Notes under the pieces: generated by a model
The model's database searches: none
What the model was told of the DNA's origin: nothing
What the model saw: only the letters and a program-made list of their open reading frames with translations
Assembly (NCBI GenBank): GCA_004284765.1
Contig: NQJD01000005.1
Span: forward strand, 30,001-62,000
Length of the DNA: 32,000 nucleotides
Source: Candidatus Electronema aureum
GTDB taxonomy: Bacteria; Desulfobacterota; Desulfobulbia; Desulfobulbales; Desulfobulbaceae
Reading direction: 5' to 3'
Part shown: positions 24,516-32,000 of the stretch, in pieces
How positions within the stretch are numbered: the stretch's first letter is position 1
Layout: every line of letters begins with the position of its first letter
Translations under genes and position numbers: made by a program

Positions 24516-26045
24516 TTATAAAGTGGTCAACCCTTGAGGGGTGAAATTCAAAACAAACTCTAATTTTTGTTCAGGAATCAGAGAGGGAAAATTCGGCAGC
24601 GGTGCCGCGCTGCGCAGTGCTTTGAGAACCGACTGATCAAACAGGGCATCACCGGATTTCTGCTCGATTTTCATATCCTCAATCGCACCGTTTCTGCTTA
24701 CGGTTAATGCGACTACGGTTTTCAGCTTTCGGCTGGGAACGACCATTTCTGGCACTTTCCAGTGGTTACTGATTTTTTCATTCAACAAACCAGCATAGCG
24801 ACTCAAAGCAACAGGACTACCTGTGCCGCTCCCGCCGCCAGACCCCAGTCCGCTGCCCAATAATCTCCCACCGCCCCCGGTTCCGCCAGTCCCAGCCGCT
24901 ACAGCGGAACTCACCGCAAGATTTTCTCGCAAGGCTTGAACTAACTGCTTTCTGGCGGTAATGGCCTCGCGCTGCGCCGCTGCCGCCTCTTGCTCAATGC
25001 GCTGGGCTGCGGCTAAGGCTTTCCGCCGCTCCTGCGCTGCTATTTTCTTCCGAGCCTCAATTGCGGCGGCTTTTTTTTCTGCCTCTATCTGTGCAACCTT
25101 GGCTACTTCTTGTTTTTTTGCCTCAGCAGCAATTTTGGCTCGCTCTTTCTTTGCTTCCGCGATGTTCGCTTCTTTCTCCCGTGCAGCCTGCTCTTCAGCA
25201 ACCCGTTTTTTTGCTTCGACGGCAGCTTTTTTCTCTGCTTCCAGCTTGGTTGCCTCCTCTTGCTTTTTTACTTCAGCAATACGGGCCAGCTCTGCCTGTT
25301 TTTTTGTTTCAGCGATTTTTGCCTGCTCTCTCGCCTTTTCCTCGACAGCGGCCTTGGCTTCTGCCTTCTGCTTTACCGGATTGAGGGAAACCACATTTTT
25401 TTTTGCCTGCGCTATAGGTGTCGGTGTCGGGGCAATTTCGGGTTTCGGCACAGAAATTTCAGCAGCTTTTGGCTCCGGGGCTTTCTCAACTATTTTTTTA
25501 ACCGTCGGCTCTGGCTTAAGTTCAACCGGCGGTGCCGCTGCTTTGACAACTGTTTTTTCAGCAACAACAGGCTCTGGCTTAACTTCCTCGACTGCTTCTT
25601 TTGCTACCGACTGCTTAACAGCTATTTCCGACGTTGCTTCAATTTCTTTAGTCACCGGCTTTTCTGGCACAACCTCTTTTTTCGCAATTTCTTTCACAGC
25701 TGGCTCGACAGCCTTCACCGCAGTTTTGCGCTGCTTACTCGCCTTAATTTCTACAGGCGGAGGCAATTCTTCAATCTTGGCCGCAGGAGCAGCAGCCATA
25801 GGTGCTGTTGCCAACGGTGCAGTAGCTGGAGCCGGACCGAATTCATCCAAGCTGACAAAATTCACTGTGACCGAATTATCTAATCTGAAGCCGGGACTGC
25901 TGCCAGCCATGTTTTGCAGGACGATCGCGCTGGCGAAAAGGGCAAGGTGCATCGCTACAGCCAAGTTCAGCGGCCACTGCCAGCCCGGACCATTCTCTCG
26001 CTGCTCTAAAAATGCCTGCCATTCGTCATAGTTCATCCCGCTCAT
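24516..26045 (-). CDS. tolA: TolA-like / TonB-family energy-transducer protein
   Basis: An N-terminal TM helix is followed by a very long A/E/K/P-rich linker and then a Gly-rich stretch. The C-terminal TonB_C-like domain reads VALTVSRNGAIEDMKIEQKSGDALFDQSVLKALRSAAPLPNFP. The start overlaps the tolR stop. Confidence 0.75.
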   Translation of the reverse strand: MSGMNYDEWQAFLEQRENGPGWQWPLNLAVAMHLALFASAIVLQNMAGSSPGFRLDNSVTVNFVSLDEFGPAPATAPLATAPMAAAPAAKIEELPPPVEIKASKQRKTAVKAVEPAVKEIAKKEVVPEKPVTKEIEATSEIAVKQSVAKEAVEEVKPEPVVAEKTVVKAAAPPVELKPEPTVKKIVEKAPEPKAAEISVPKPEIAPTPTPIAQAKKNVVSLNPVKQKAEAKAAVEEKAREQAKIAETKKQAELARIAEVKKQEEATKLEAEKKAAVEAKKRVAEEQAAREKEANIAEAKKERAKIAAEAKKQEVAKVAQIEAEKKAAAIEARKKIAAQERRKALAAAQRIEQEAAAAQREAITARKQLVQALRENLAVSSAVAAGTGGTGGGGRLLGSGLGSGGGSGTGSPVALSRYAGLLNEKISNHWKVPEMVVPSRKLKTVVALTVSRNGAIEDMKIEQKSGDALFDQSVLKALRSAAPLPNFPSLIPEQKLEFVLNFTPQGLTTL

Positions 26046-26497
26046 TGCGCTGTACCTCCTGTACGCTTCTCCTCATCTGGCTCTTGCGTCACCATACCTA
26101 ATTTTTCAAACCCAGCCTGTTTGATTTGAGCCATAACCTGCACCACAGTGCCGTAAGGAATAGATTCGTCTGCTTGAAGATAGATAGCTTGCGCTCGTTG
26201 CTCCGGCGGCAATTTTTCCAGCTCATGCCGAAGGCCAGAGACTGTGAACGGTGCCGAATTTTTGCCGATAAATATCTGGCCGGCACTATTAATCACTACT
26301 TGGAAAGGCTCTTCACCTTCCTGAGGTAAGGATTCGCCCGTGGTTTTCGGTAAATTAATGTCGATTCCTTGGGTCATCATCGGAGCTGTAACCATAAAAA
26401 TAATCAACAGCACCAGCATGACATCGACCAGCGGAGTCACGTTGATCTCCGCTGCCAGCGACTTGCGGCCTTTGCCGCCTATGGAACCCATTCCCAT
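26042..26497 (-). CDS. tolR: biopolymer transport protein TolR/ExbD
   Basis: [19 protein letters not shown] is the ExbD/TolR TM signature. The gene lies between tolQ and tolA. Confidence 0.85.
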   Translation of the reverse strand: MGMGSIGGKGRKSLAAEINVTPLVDVMLVLLIIFMVTAPMMTQGIDINLPKTTGESLPQEGEEPFQVVINSAGQIFIGKNSAPFTVSGLRHELEKLPPEQRAQAIYLQADESIPYGTVVQVMAQIKQAGFEKLGMVTQEPDEEKRTGGTAQ

Positions 26498-26563
26498 AAA
26501 ATAATTTTGCTCAGTTTGATTGTTCTTTGTTTGTGTTTCCGAAAAGAAACAAACTGCCCGCTG

Positions 26564-27280
26564 TTACTTTCTTGTCAGCATGTCACGTTCAATCAGATTG
26601 AGAAAATCAAAAGAAAAATTTTCAATGTCCGCCTGAAAGTCAGCTGCTTTGTTTGAATAGTGGTTGTAGAAAATAACTGCCGGGATAGCGACGGCAAGTC
26701 CAGCGGCAGTGGCCACTAGAGCCTCTGAGATGCCAGGTGCGACAACAGCTAAGGAAGCTCCGCCTCTTGCGCCAATCTCCTGAAATGACACTAAAATTCC
26801 CCAGACTGTGCCAAACAAACCGATGAAAGGGGTCGCGCTACCAGTGGTGGCCAAAAAACCAAGCGAACGCTCAAGCCGCTCATTTTCGATTAACTGAGCT
26901 TTGCGCACGGCCCGCTTGAGGTTGTCCATCACCGCCAGCTTCATCTGGAGGGTTTCCGGCTTTTCTGCAGAAGCAGTCGCAGGTGATTGCCCACCAGCGC
27001 GTACTGCGCTGATTTTACGCAACTCGTTAAAGCCAGATACGAAAACTGCTGCTTCTGGACTAAGAGCCGAGGCTTTAGCCGATTCGTAAGCATTATTCAA
27101 GGTTTTTGATTCCCAAAAATCATTGAGAAATTTCTCAGATGCTTTGCGGGATCGGGAAAAAAGCAAATATTTGGAAATGACGATCCACCAAGAGACCACG
27201 GAAAAAAACAACAGCGTGAGCATGACTAATTTGACAACCAGACCTGCATGGGCCATCATGCTAAAAACAGAAAAATTCAC
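26564..27280 (-). CDS. tolQ: MotA/TolQ/ExbB proton-channel protein TolQ
   Basis: Three TM segments. LATTGSATPFIGLFGTVWGI and APGISEALVATAAGLAVAIPAV are TolQ/ExbB signatures. A GTG start at 27280 follows GGAG. Confidence 0.85.
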   Translation of the reverse strand: MNFSVFSMMAHAGLVVKLVMLTLLFFSVVSWWIVISKYLLFSRSRKASEKFLNDFWESKTLNNAYESAKASALSPEAAVFVSGFNELRKISAVRAGGQSPATASAEKPETLQMKLAVMDNLKRAVRKAQLIENERLERSLGFLATTGSATPFIGLFGTVWGILVSFQEIGARGGASLAVVAPGISEALVATAAGLAVAIPAVIFYNHYSNKAADFQADIENFSFDFLNLIERDMLTRK

Positions 27281-27581
27281 AAAAATACTCCTGCGGCGAT
27301 AATTAGTTGAATTTCATAGTATTAAACATCGTTCGCAACTCACCCATTCTCCTGCCCGCCGGTGTCGTGGTAGCTGAAGCATCTAAGGCAAGGGCGGGAA
27401 AATAAACGAAGACGTTCCTGACTGATTATAGCGGGTTCTGAAAATTCTGTCGACCCTCAACTGAATATAGTGTACATAGCCGGAAAGAAAAGCAAGGGTA
27501 TTGTCGAGTACAATTCATCAGCAGGCAATGCCGGAATCAGCATATACAAAAAATATCCCGAAAGGCAAGAGGGAGGTCTTC

Positions 27582-28505
27582 ATGTCGGATTCAATCTATG
27601 ATGTGATCATTGTTGGCACAGGTCCAGCAGGTATTCAGGCGGCTATTCATGCGTCGCGAAAAAAAACCAAGGTGTTGCTACTCGGTAGGATTGAGAATAG
27701 CGCGCTCTATCCGGCGCATGTGGAAAATTATGCCTGTATTGAAGGTGTTAAAGACGGTAGACAGCTTCTTGAAACTGGCATGACCCAAGCCAAACGCTTC
27801 GGCGCGGAGCGTTTGGCGGAAGATTTACTGAAGATCAATCAGCAGGAAAACGGTCTCTTTGCTGTCGAGACTGAAAGCGGCAAAACTATCCTTTGCCGTG
27901 CGCTGATTTTGGCAATGGGTACCGCCAAAACCAAACTGGCCGTGCCGGGCGAAAGTGAATTTGCAGGCCAAGGTGTGAGTTACTGCGTTGATTGCGATGC
28001 AAATTTTTTTCGGGGTGCAACAGTGATGGTGGTTGGCAATCACAGCGCGGCTATCGACGGCGCACTAACCCTGCTCGACTACGCCCGACAGGTTTATCTG
28101 GCCGCAACTGAACTCAAGGTCTCCGAGGAACTGCTCCGGCGGTTGCATGAAAGCAAGGTAGAGGTGTTAGCAGGCCGTCGGGTTAAGGAAATCCGGGGCG
28201 GCGATACCGGAGTGCAAGAAGTGCTGTTAGACAACAACGAAGCAATCAAGACTGAGGGCGTATTCATCGAACTTGGCTCTAAAGGAGCACTTCAGTTAGC
28301 TGCCCAGATTGGTGTACAGATGGACATGGAATTGTTCAAATACATTGATGTGAACCGACGACAAGAAACCAACATCCCCGGTGTGTATGCCGCCGGAGAC
28401 ATCACTGGGCCACCCTACCAAATGGCCAAGGCAGTGGGCGAAGGCTGCGTGGCAGGCATGGAGGCCGCTGTATATGCCCGCAACAAGCAGAAGCAGCAGA
28501 GTTAA
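27582..28505 (+). CDS. thioredoxin-reductase-like FAD/NAD(P)-dependent disulfide oxidoreductase
   Basis: YDVIIVGTGPAGIQAA (FAD), the redox motif CVDCDA (compare CATCDG in TrxB), VVGNHSAAIDGA (NAD(P)H) and GVYAAGDI. The ATG at 27582 follows GGGAGG. Confidence 0.8.
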   Translation: MSDSIYDVIIVGTGPAGIQAAIHASRKKTKVLLLGRIENSALYPAHVENYACIEGVKDGRQLLETGMTQAKRFGAERLAEDLLKINQQENGLFAVETESGKTILCRALILAMGTAKTKLAVPGESEFAGQGVSYCVDCDANFFRGATVMVVGNHSAAIDGALTLLDYARQVYLAATELKVSEELLRRLHESKVEVLAGRRVKEIRGGDTGVQEVLLDNNEAIKTEGVFIELGSKGALQLAAQIGVQMDMELFKYIDVNRRQETNIPGVYAAGDITGPPYQMAKAVGEGCVAGMEAAVYARNKQKQQS

Positions 28506-28592
28506 AAGAAAAGGTTGAGTTCAGCAGCGGCCAATGGTTTATTAAGGCTACTGTAATTTTTTCCCCATCAAACAGCAGAGGTGCGAATCCAA

Positions 28593-29054
28593 ATGACTGA
28601 CGAAAAAAAAATAAATCAGCAGGATATTCCAGTGTTTCGGATGCAGAAGATGTACATCAAGGATTTGTCTTTTGAAAATCCCAATGCCCCGCAGGTCTTT
28701 TTACCCCAAGAACAGGAAGCCAAGGTTGATTTTAACTTACGCCTTGGCAGTAAAAAAATTGATGAAGATCACTACGAAGTCTCTATTTTCGTCAATGCCA
28801 AGGTGTTGAATCAGAAAGCTGATGATGCGGTCATGTTTGTTGTTGAGATGGAACATGCAGCAGTATTTTTGCTGAAAAACATTCCAATGGAGCATGTGCA
28901 GCGTGTGTTAGCTGTAGATTGCCCGCTGATGCTTTTCCCTTTTACCCGTCAGATCGCTTCCCAGCTGTCAGTGGACGGTGGCTTCATGCCTTTCTTGATG
29001 GAGCCGATTAATTTTGTCGCCCTTTACGAGCGAGCGCAGCAGAAAGAAGCCTGA
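28593..29054 (+). CDS. secB: protein-export chaperone SecB
   Basis: FRMQKMYIKDLSFENPNAPQVF plus CPLMLFPFTRQIASQLSVDGGFMPFLMEPINFVALYE are typical SecB. Start set at the first ATG (the track start is GTG at 28581). Confidence 0.85.
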   Translation: MTDEKKINQQDIPVFRMQKMYIKDLSFENPNAPQVFLPQEQEAKVDFNLRLGSKKIDEDHYEVSIFVNAKVLNQKADDAVMFVVEMEHAAVFLLKNIPMEHVQRVLAVDCPLMLFPFTRQIASQLSVDGGFMPFLMEPINFVALYERAQQKEA

Positions 29055-29086
29055 TAAAAAAAGCCCGGACAGTTTTGCTGTCCGGG
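29055..29086 (-). terminator. rho-independent terminator of the lipoprotein/secretin transcription unit
   Basis: Sense (minus) strand: CCCGGACAG-CAAAA-CTGTCCGGG followed by CTTTTTTTATC. It lies 27 nt after the stop at 29113. Confidence 0.75.
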
Positions 29087-29112
29087 TCTGCACCTCATAT
29101 TTCCGGTACGAG

Positions 29113-30162
29113 CTACTGCTTCAAGCCGGTCTGCACAAAATCAGTCATCAGCGAGCTGGTTGCCTTTTTGATTGCCTGATCGAACAAGTCATCATACTGA
29201 CTGTCAGCCAATACTGATTCCGGTGCAACCCGCACCTCAACCTGATTGGTCCAAACTACTTGAGCATCATAGGCGTTCTGCACCCAGATGCGCAACCGTA
29301 CCACGGCCTGATCAACCCGACCACCGTGGTTAGCCATTGATCCAGCAGCCCCGCCGAGCATTGACCAAACGATAGTGTTAGCCCCTTGGCCGCCGCTTAC
29401 GCCGAAAAAACCTTTTGAGTCATCTGGGTCCCAAGGCCAACCTGCATTGTTGCCAATTGCCGCGCCCCATGCACTCCCTGAAACTGCATTGCCCAAGTTG
29501 TCATATTGCTCTGAATCGGCAAAACCAAAGGCCATACGATTGGTGCTACCAATAACAAAGGGTAACAGACCACGCTTGCGTGGATCCCACGTATGTTCTT
29601 GCCGGGTTCTGAATTCCAATATCCGACCCCGTATAATGTAGTCCGCTCCAAACCTGCGTCCGACCTTGACCACCTCTTGATCGCTCAATCCGTGCGCACC
29701 AGGACTATCAACAGCAGGATTTCTTCCGCCGCTTTCCTGCTGTTGCTGCATCTTCATGTAATCCCTGATCTTATCCTTCATCACGTCAGACCAATCAGGG
29801 TCTTCCAGCTCACCGACAAGGGAGACAGAACCGGACTGGTTTTCGTTGTACGAAGCAAGATTGATAATCTTCTGCTCAACCAAATGTTGAAACACATCTT
29901 CCTGCACTGGTGCGGCAAAACCATTGCGGCGGAGAGTATCGGTCAACGATTCCGTAATCATCAAGTTGCGGCGAAATGCCGAAGCAATGCGATCGCCGCT
30001 GCTGTAGTCAGCAAAAGGCAGAACAACAGCGGTCATGCCCTTTCCCTGAGCATTCGGATACTCTCCGTTCGGAACCATCATGGTTTCCACAGAGGTCTGA
30101 CCGCAGCCGGCCAGCATTCCTGTCAGCAGTATCCCTGCGGATACAAATTTCAGCAGGTTCAT
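29113..30162 (-). CDS. outer-membrane-associated lipoprotein, unknown function (weak LpoB/CsgG-like resemblance)
   Basis: Signal peptide plus lipobox (LLTGMLAGC). VVLPFADYSSGD... and VGRRFGADYIIRGRILEF resemble the fold motifs of CsgG/LpoB-type lipoproteins. A Gly/Trp-rich insert (GNNAGWPWDPDDSKGFFGVSGGQGANTIVWSMLGGAAGSMANHGG) is also present. The ATG at 30162 follows GGGAG. Confidence 0.65.
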   Translation of the reverse strand: MNLLKFVSAGILLTGMLAGCGQTSVETMMVPNGEYPNAQGKGMTAVVLPFADYSSGDRIASAFRRNLMITESLTDTLRRNGFAAPVQEDVFQHLVEQKIINLASYNENQSGSVSLVGELEDPDWSDVMKDKIRDYMKMQQQQESGGRNPAVDSPGAHGLSDQEVVKVGRRFGADYIIRGRILEFRTRQEHTWDPRKRGLLPFVIGSTNRMAFGFADSEQYDNLGNAVSGSAWGAAIGNNAGWPWDPDDSKGFFGVSGGQGANTIVWSMLGGAAGSMANHGGRVDQAVVRLRIWVQNAYDAQVVWTNQVEVRVAPESVLADSQYDDLFDQAIKKATSSLMTDFVQTGLKQ

Positions 30163-30200
30163 GGTTGCTCCCAGATAGATTGATATAAATCGCAATCAGC

Positions 30201-32000
30201 TCAGTTAATGATGCGCGGACGCAGCAGGATAATCAATTCACGCTTCTTTTTCTGCGTTTCCTCATAGCCGAACAGATATTTCAGATAGGGAATATTTTTG
30301 GCTCCGGGAAGAAATTCTCCGCTTTTTGTATCCACTTCACTGATCAGTCCGCCAACCACGAGCATCGAGCCGTCCTTGATTTTAACCGTGGTACTCATTT
30401 CTCGCTTGTTCACCACCGGCAGGCCAATTTTATTACCTTGACCAACTTCAACGTATTCAATGGGTTCTGAAAGCTCGGAAGTGATCGGCACCAAGTTCAT
30501 AACGATTTCGTTATCTTGCTTCACCACCGCTGACAAGGCCAACCCGATGCCGGAGAGGATGTCAGCCGTCGTCACGGTAGAGGCTAATCCGCCGCCTTCG
30601 GTTTGCGTTGTCGCTATCGATTTAATGTAGGTCACATTTCTTCCGACAGAAATCAGTGCAGGCTGACCATTCATCACACTGATCTTTGGATTAGAAAGAA
30701 TCGAAGTCTGGCCCTGATTCTGCAACGCCTTGATGAAAGAAGTAAAGTTAAAACCAGCTAATGTAACCCCTGTGGACACAGCTTCTGCCATCCCGCCGCT
30801 GCTGGTAATAAAGGTGGCAGCAGTGGTTCCCATAGACAAGGCATCGGTCAGACTGCGCACTGTTGACCTGCCGCTCGAATTCATGCTGGACTCTCCGCTT
30901 AACGTTGCGTCTGAAAATCCAGAATTGAGCGCACCTGACAATGTATTATTAGAACTATTGACACCTGTGGTAACGCCTGTGGTTGTATTTGTACCAGTAT
31001 TTGTATTTGTCGTGCCAGTGCTGTTAGTCACAGTGCCGGTATTTGTGTTTGTACCGGTATTGTTGACGGCACTGTCAGATAGTTGGCTATTCGTTCCATC
31101 GCTACTGCTGCTATTGGAACTGTCTTGATTGGAAAGGCGAGAATTTGCTTGGCTTGTTGTATCAGTTGTGGTATCTGAAAAATCAGCTGAAGAGGTCGTT
31201 CCACTGTCTTCGCCACTATCCCTGTTGTAAGTTTTCATTTTACCGTAGCGAATGCCGTCCAAGCTCAAACCCTGTAACAGCATGTTCCAGTTGACACCCA
31301 GCGAGGAGCTATCATTCAACTGTACCTCAATAATTTTTGCTTCAATCAGAATTTGCTTATACAGCTCCTTTTCCAAGGTAGCAAGATAATCGGAAATTCT
31401 CTTCTGTAGCGATTTGGGTGCGTGTACCGTGATCAAGCCGACAGGCTTATCGATGGTGTAGGTTGAATCGGTGGATGAAACCCGGCGAGAAAGCGGGGCA
31501 GGAGCGACCGCTTCCTCTTCATCACTCTTCTTTTTATCAGCAGTTGCAGCTCCCTTTTTTTCTTCTTTCTGCTCCGGTACAGCAGTTGTCTGCGCTTCCG
31601 GCGTGGCAACAGATGCACTCCATGTGCTTATGAGGCTATCGATATTTTTCTGGATATTTTCCCAGATATCAAATTTATTGTCGCTGCTGGAAACTGATGA
31701 CCCTGAATCAGTTCCGGTGAACGATTTATAATCCTGCTTAATGAAAGGCATAGCAACATGATAACGTTTTGTCTCCCGGTATTTAATAACCAGTGTCGAT
31801 CCTTCCACTTCGTGGAAATAATCTAACTGACGCAGGATATTATCAATCGCCTCATAAAAATTATCATTAGCCGTGGCATCAATATCAACAAGCAGCTCTT
31901 GATCTACATCGGGAGACCAACTCAGACTCATGTTTTTGGTTTTAACTATCGCCTTCATTGCCTCCCGCAGCGGAATCGGTTGCGTAGTGGTGATGTTGGC
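30201..32000 (-). CDS. secretin (type II/IV-pilus family, MshL-like), 5-prime partial at the window edge
   Basis: The C-terminal secretin domain reads ILSNPKISVMNGQPALISVG...GLPVVNKREMSTTVKIKDGSMLVVGGLI...NIPYLKYLFGYEETQKKKRELIILLRPRII. The reading frame stays open from 31958 to 32000 (ANITTTQPIPLREA precedes the first Met), so the true start is probably outside the window. A ~120-aa Ser/Thr/Asn/Gly low-complexity insert lies mid-protein. Confidence 0.8.
   Translation of the reverse strand, partial: ANITTTQPIPLREAMKAIVKTKNMSLSWSPDVDQELLVDIDATANDNFYEAIDNILRQLDYFHEVEGSTLVIKYRETKRYHVAMPFIKQDYKSFTGTDSGSSVSSSDNKFDIWENIQKNIDSLISTWSASVATPEAQTTAVPEQKEEKKGAATADKKKSDEEEAVAPAPLSRRVSSTDSTYTIDKPVGLITVHAPKSLQKRISDYLATLEKELYKQILIEAKIIEVQLNDSSSLGVNWNMLLQGLSLDGIRYGKMKTYNRDSGEDSGTTSSADFSDTTTDTTSQANSRLSNQDSSNSSSSDGTNSQLSDSAVNNTGTNTNTGTVTNSTGTTNTNTGTNTTTGVTTGVNSSNNTLSGALNSGFSDATLSGESSMNSSGRSTVRSLTDALSMGTTAATFITSSGGMAEAVSTGVTLAGFNFTSFIKALQNQGQTSILSNPKISVMNGQPALISVGRNVTYIKSIATTQTEGGGLASTVTTADILSGIGLALSAVVKQDNEIVMNLVPITSELSEPIEYVEVGQGNKIGLPVVNKREMSTTVKIKDGSMLVVGGLISEVDTKSGEFLPGAKNIPYLKYLFGYEETQKKKRELIILLRPRIIN

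Noticed and set aside
24961-26031. 356-aa and 257-aa + strand ORFs with highly repetitive A/S/F/C-rich translations
   Set aside because: They are antisense shadows of the low-complexity A/E/K-rich TolA linker. The minus-strand product has a TM anchor and a TonB_C-like domain and sits in tol gene order.
29593-30183. 196-aa + strand ORF
   Set aside because: It is antisense to the lipoprotein gene, which has a signal peptide/lipobox, an RBS and a terminator.
1-32000. tRNA, rRNA, transposase/IS, integrase or prophage genes
   Set aside because: I recognised no cloverleaf-compatible segment, rRNA-like sequence or transposase/integrase motif on either strand. The accessory regions lack recognisable mobility genes.

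Overview
This is a chromosomal window of roughly 50% GC. Gene content suggests an anaerobic Desulfobacterota (deltaproteobacterial) genome: GGGtGRT/NifU-like pair, FmdB zinc ribbon, MucR/Ros regulator, Tol cluster, MshL-like secretin. I could not verify the taxon.

Most of the window is housekeeping. It holds murI, a LolA-like gene, an S1-domain protein, eda, a gltD-like oxidoreductase, a thioredoxin lipoprotein, trpE-trpG, rpsT and tlyA. It also holds tolQ-tolR-tolA-tolB-cpoB (no pal), a trxB-like gene, secB, and a partial secretin gene running off the right edge. I found no rRNA, tRNA, CRISPR array, transposase or prophage genes.

The clearest accessory region is about 12.0-15.4 kb. It carries an LRR-Roc-COR (Roco) GTPase and a DUF4258 / YgiT-zinc-finger toxin-antitoxin pair. 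The toxin has a 1-nt frameshift and is missing from the supplied ORF track.

Both transcription units are preceded by diverged copies of the same composite upstream module. Each module has three parts:
- a tandem array of 18-bp palindromes at a 22-23 bp period;
- a perfect 28-bp GTAGGG...CCCTAC palindrome;
- a near-identical leader, RBS and first five codons.
This duplicated module is the most unusual structure I can see.

Secondary points of interest:
- a ~32% GC orphan ORF with an RNxxxH (HEPN-like) motif at 4.7-5.4 kb;
- a trio of two secreted proteins (one Cys-rich) plus a FadL-type porin;
- the uncharacterised GGGtGRT/NifU-like pair;
- a secretin with a long Ser/Thr/Asn-rich insert next to a Gly-rich lipoprotein.

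All functional calls rest on motif recognition by eye. No database search was run.
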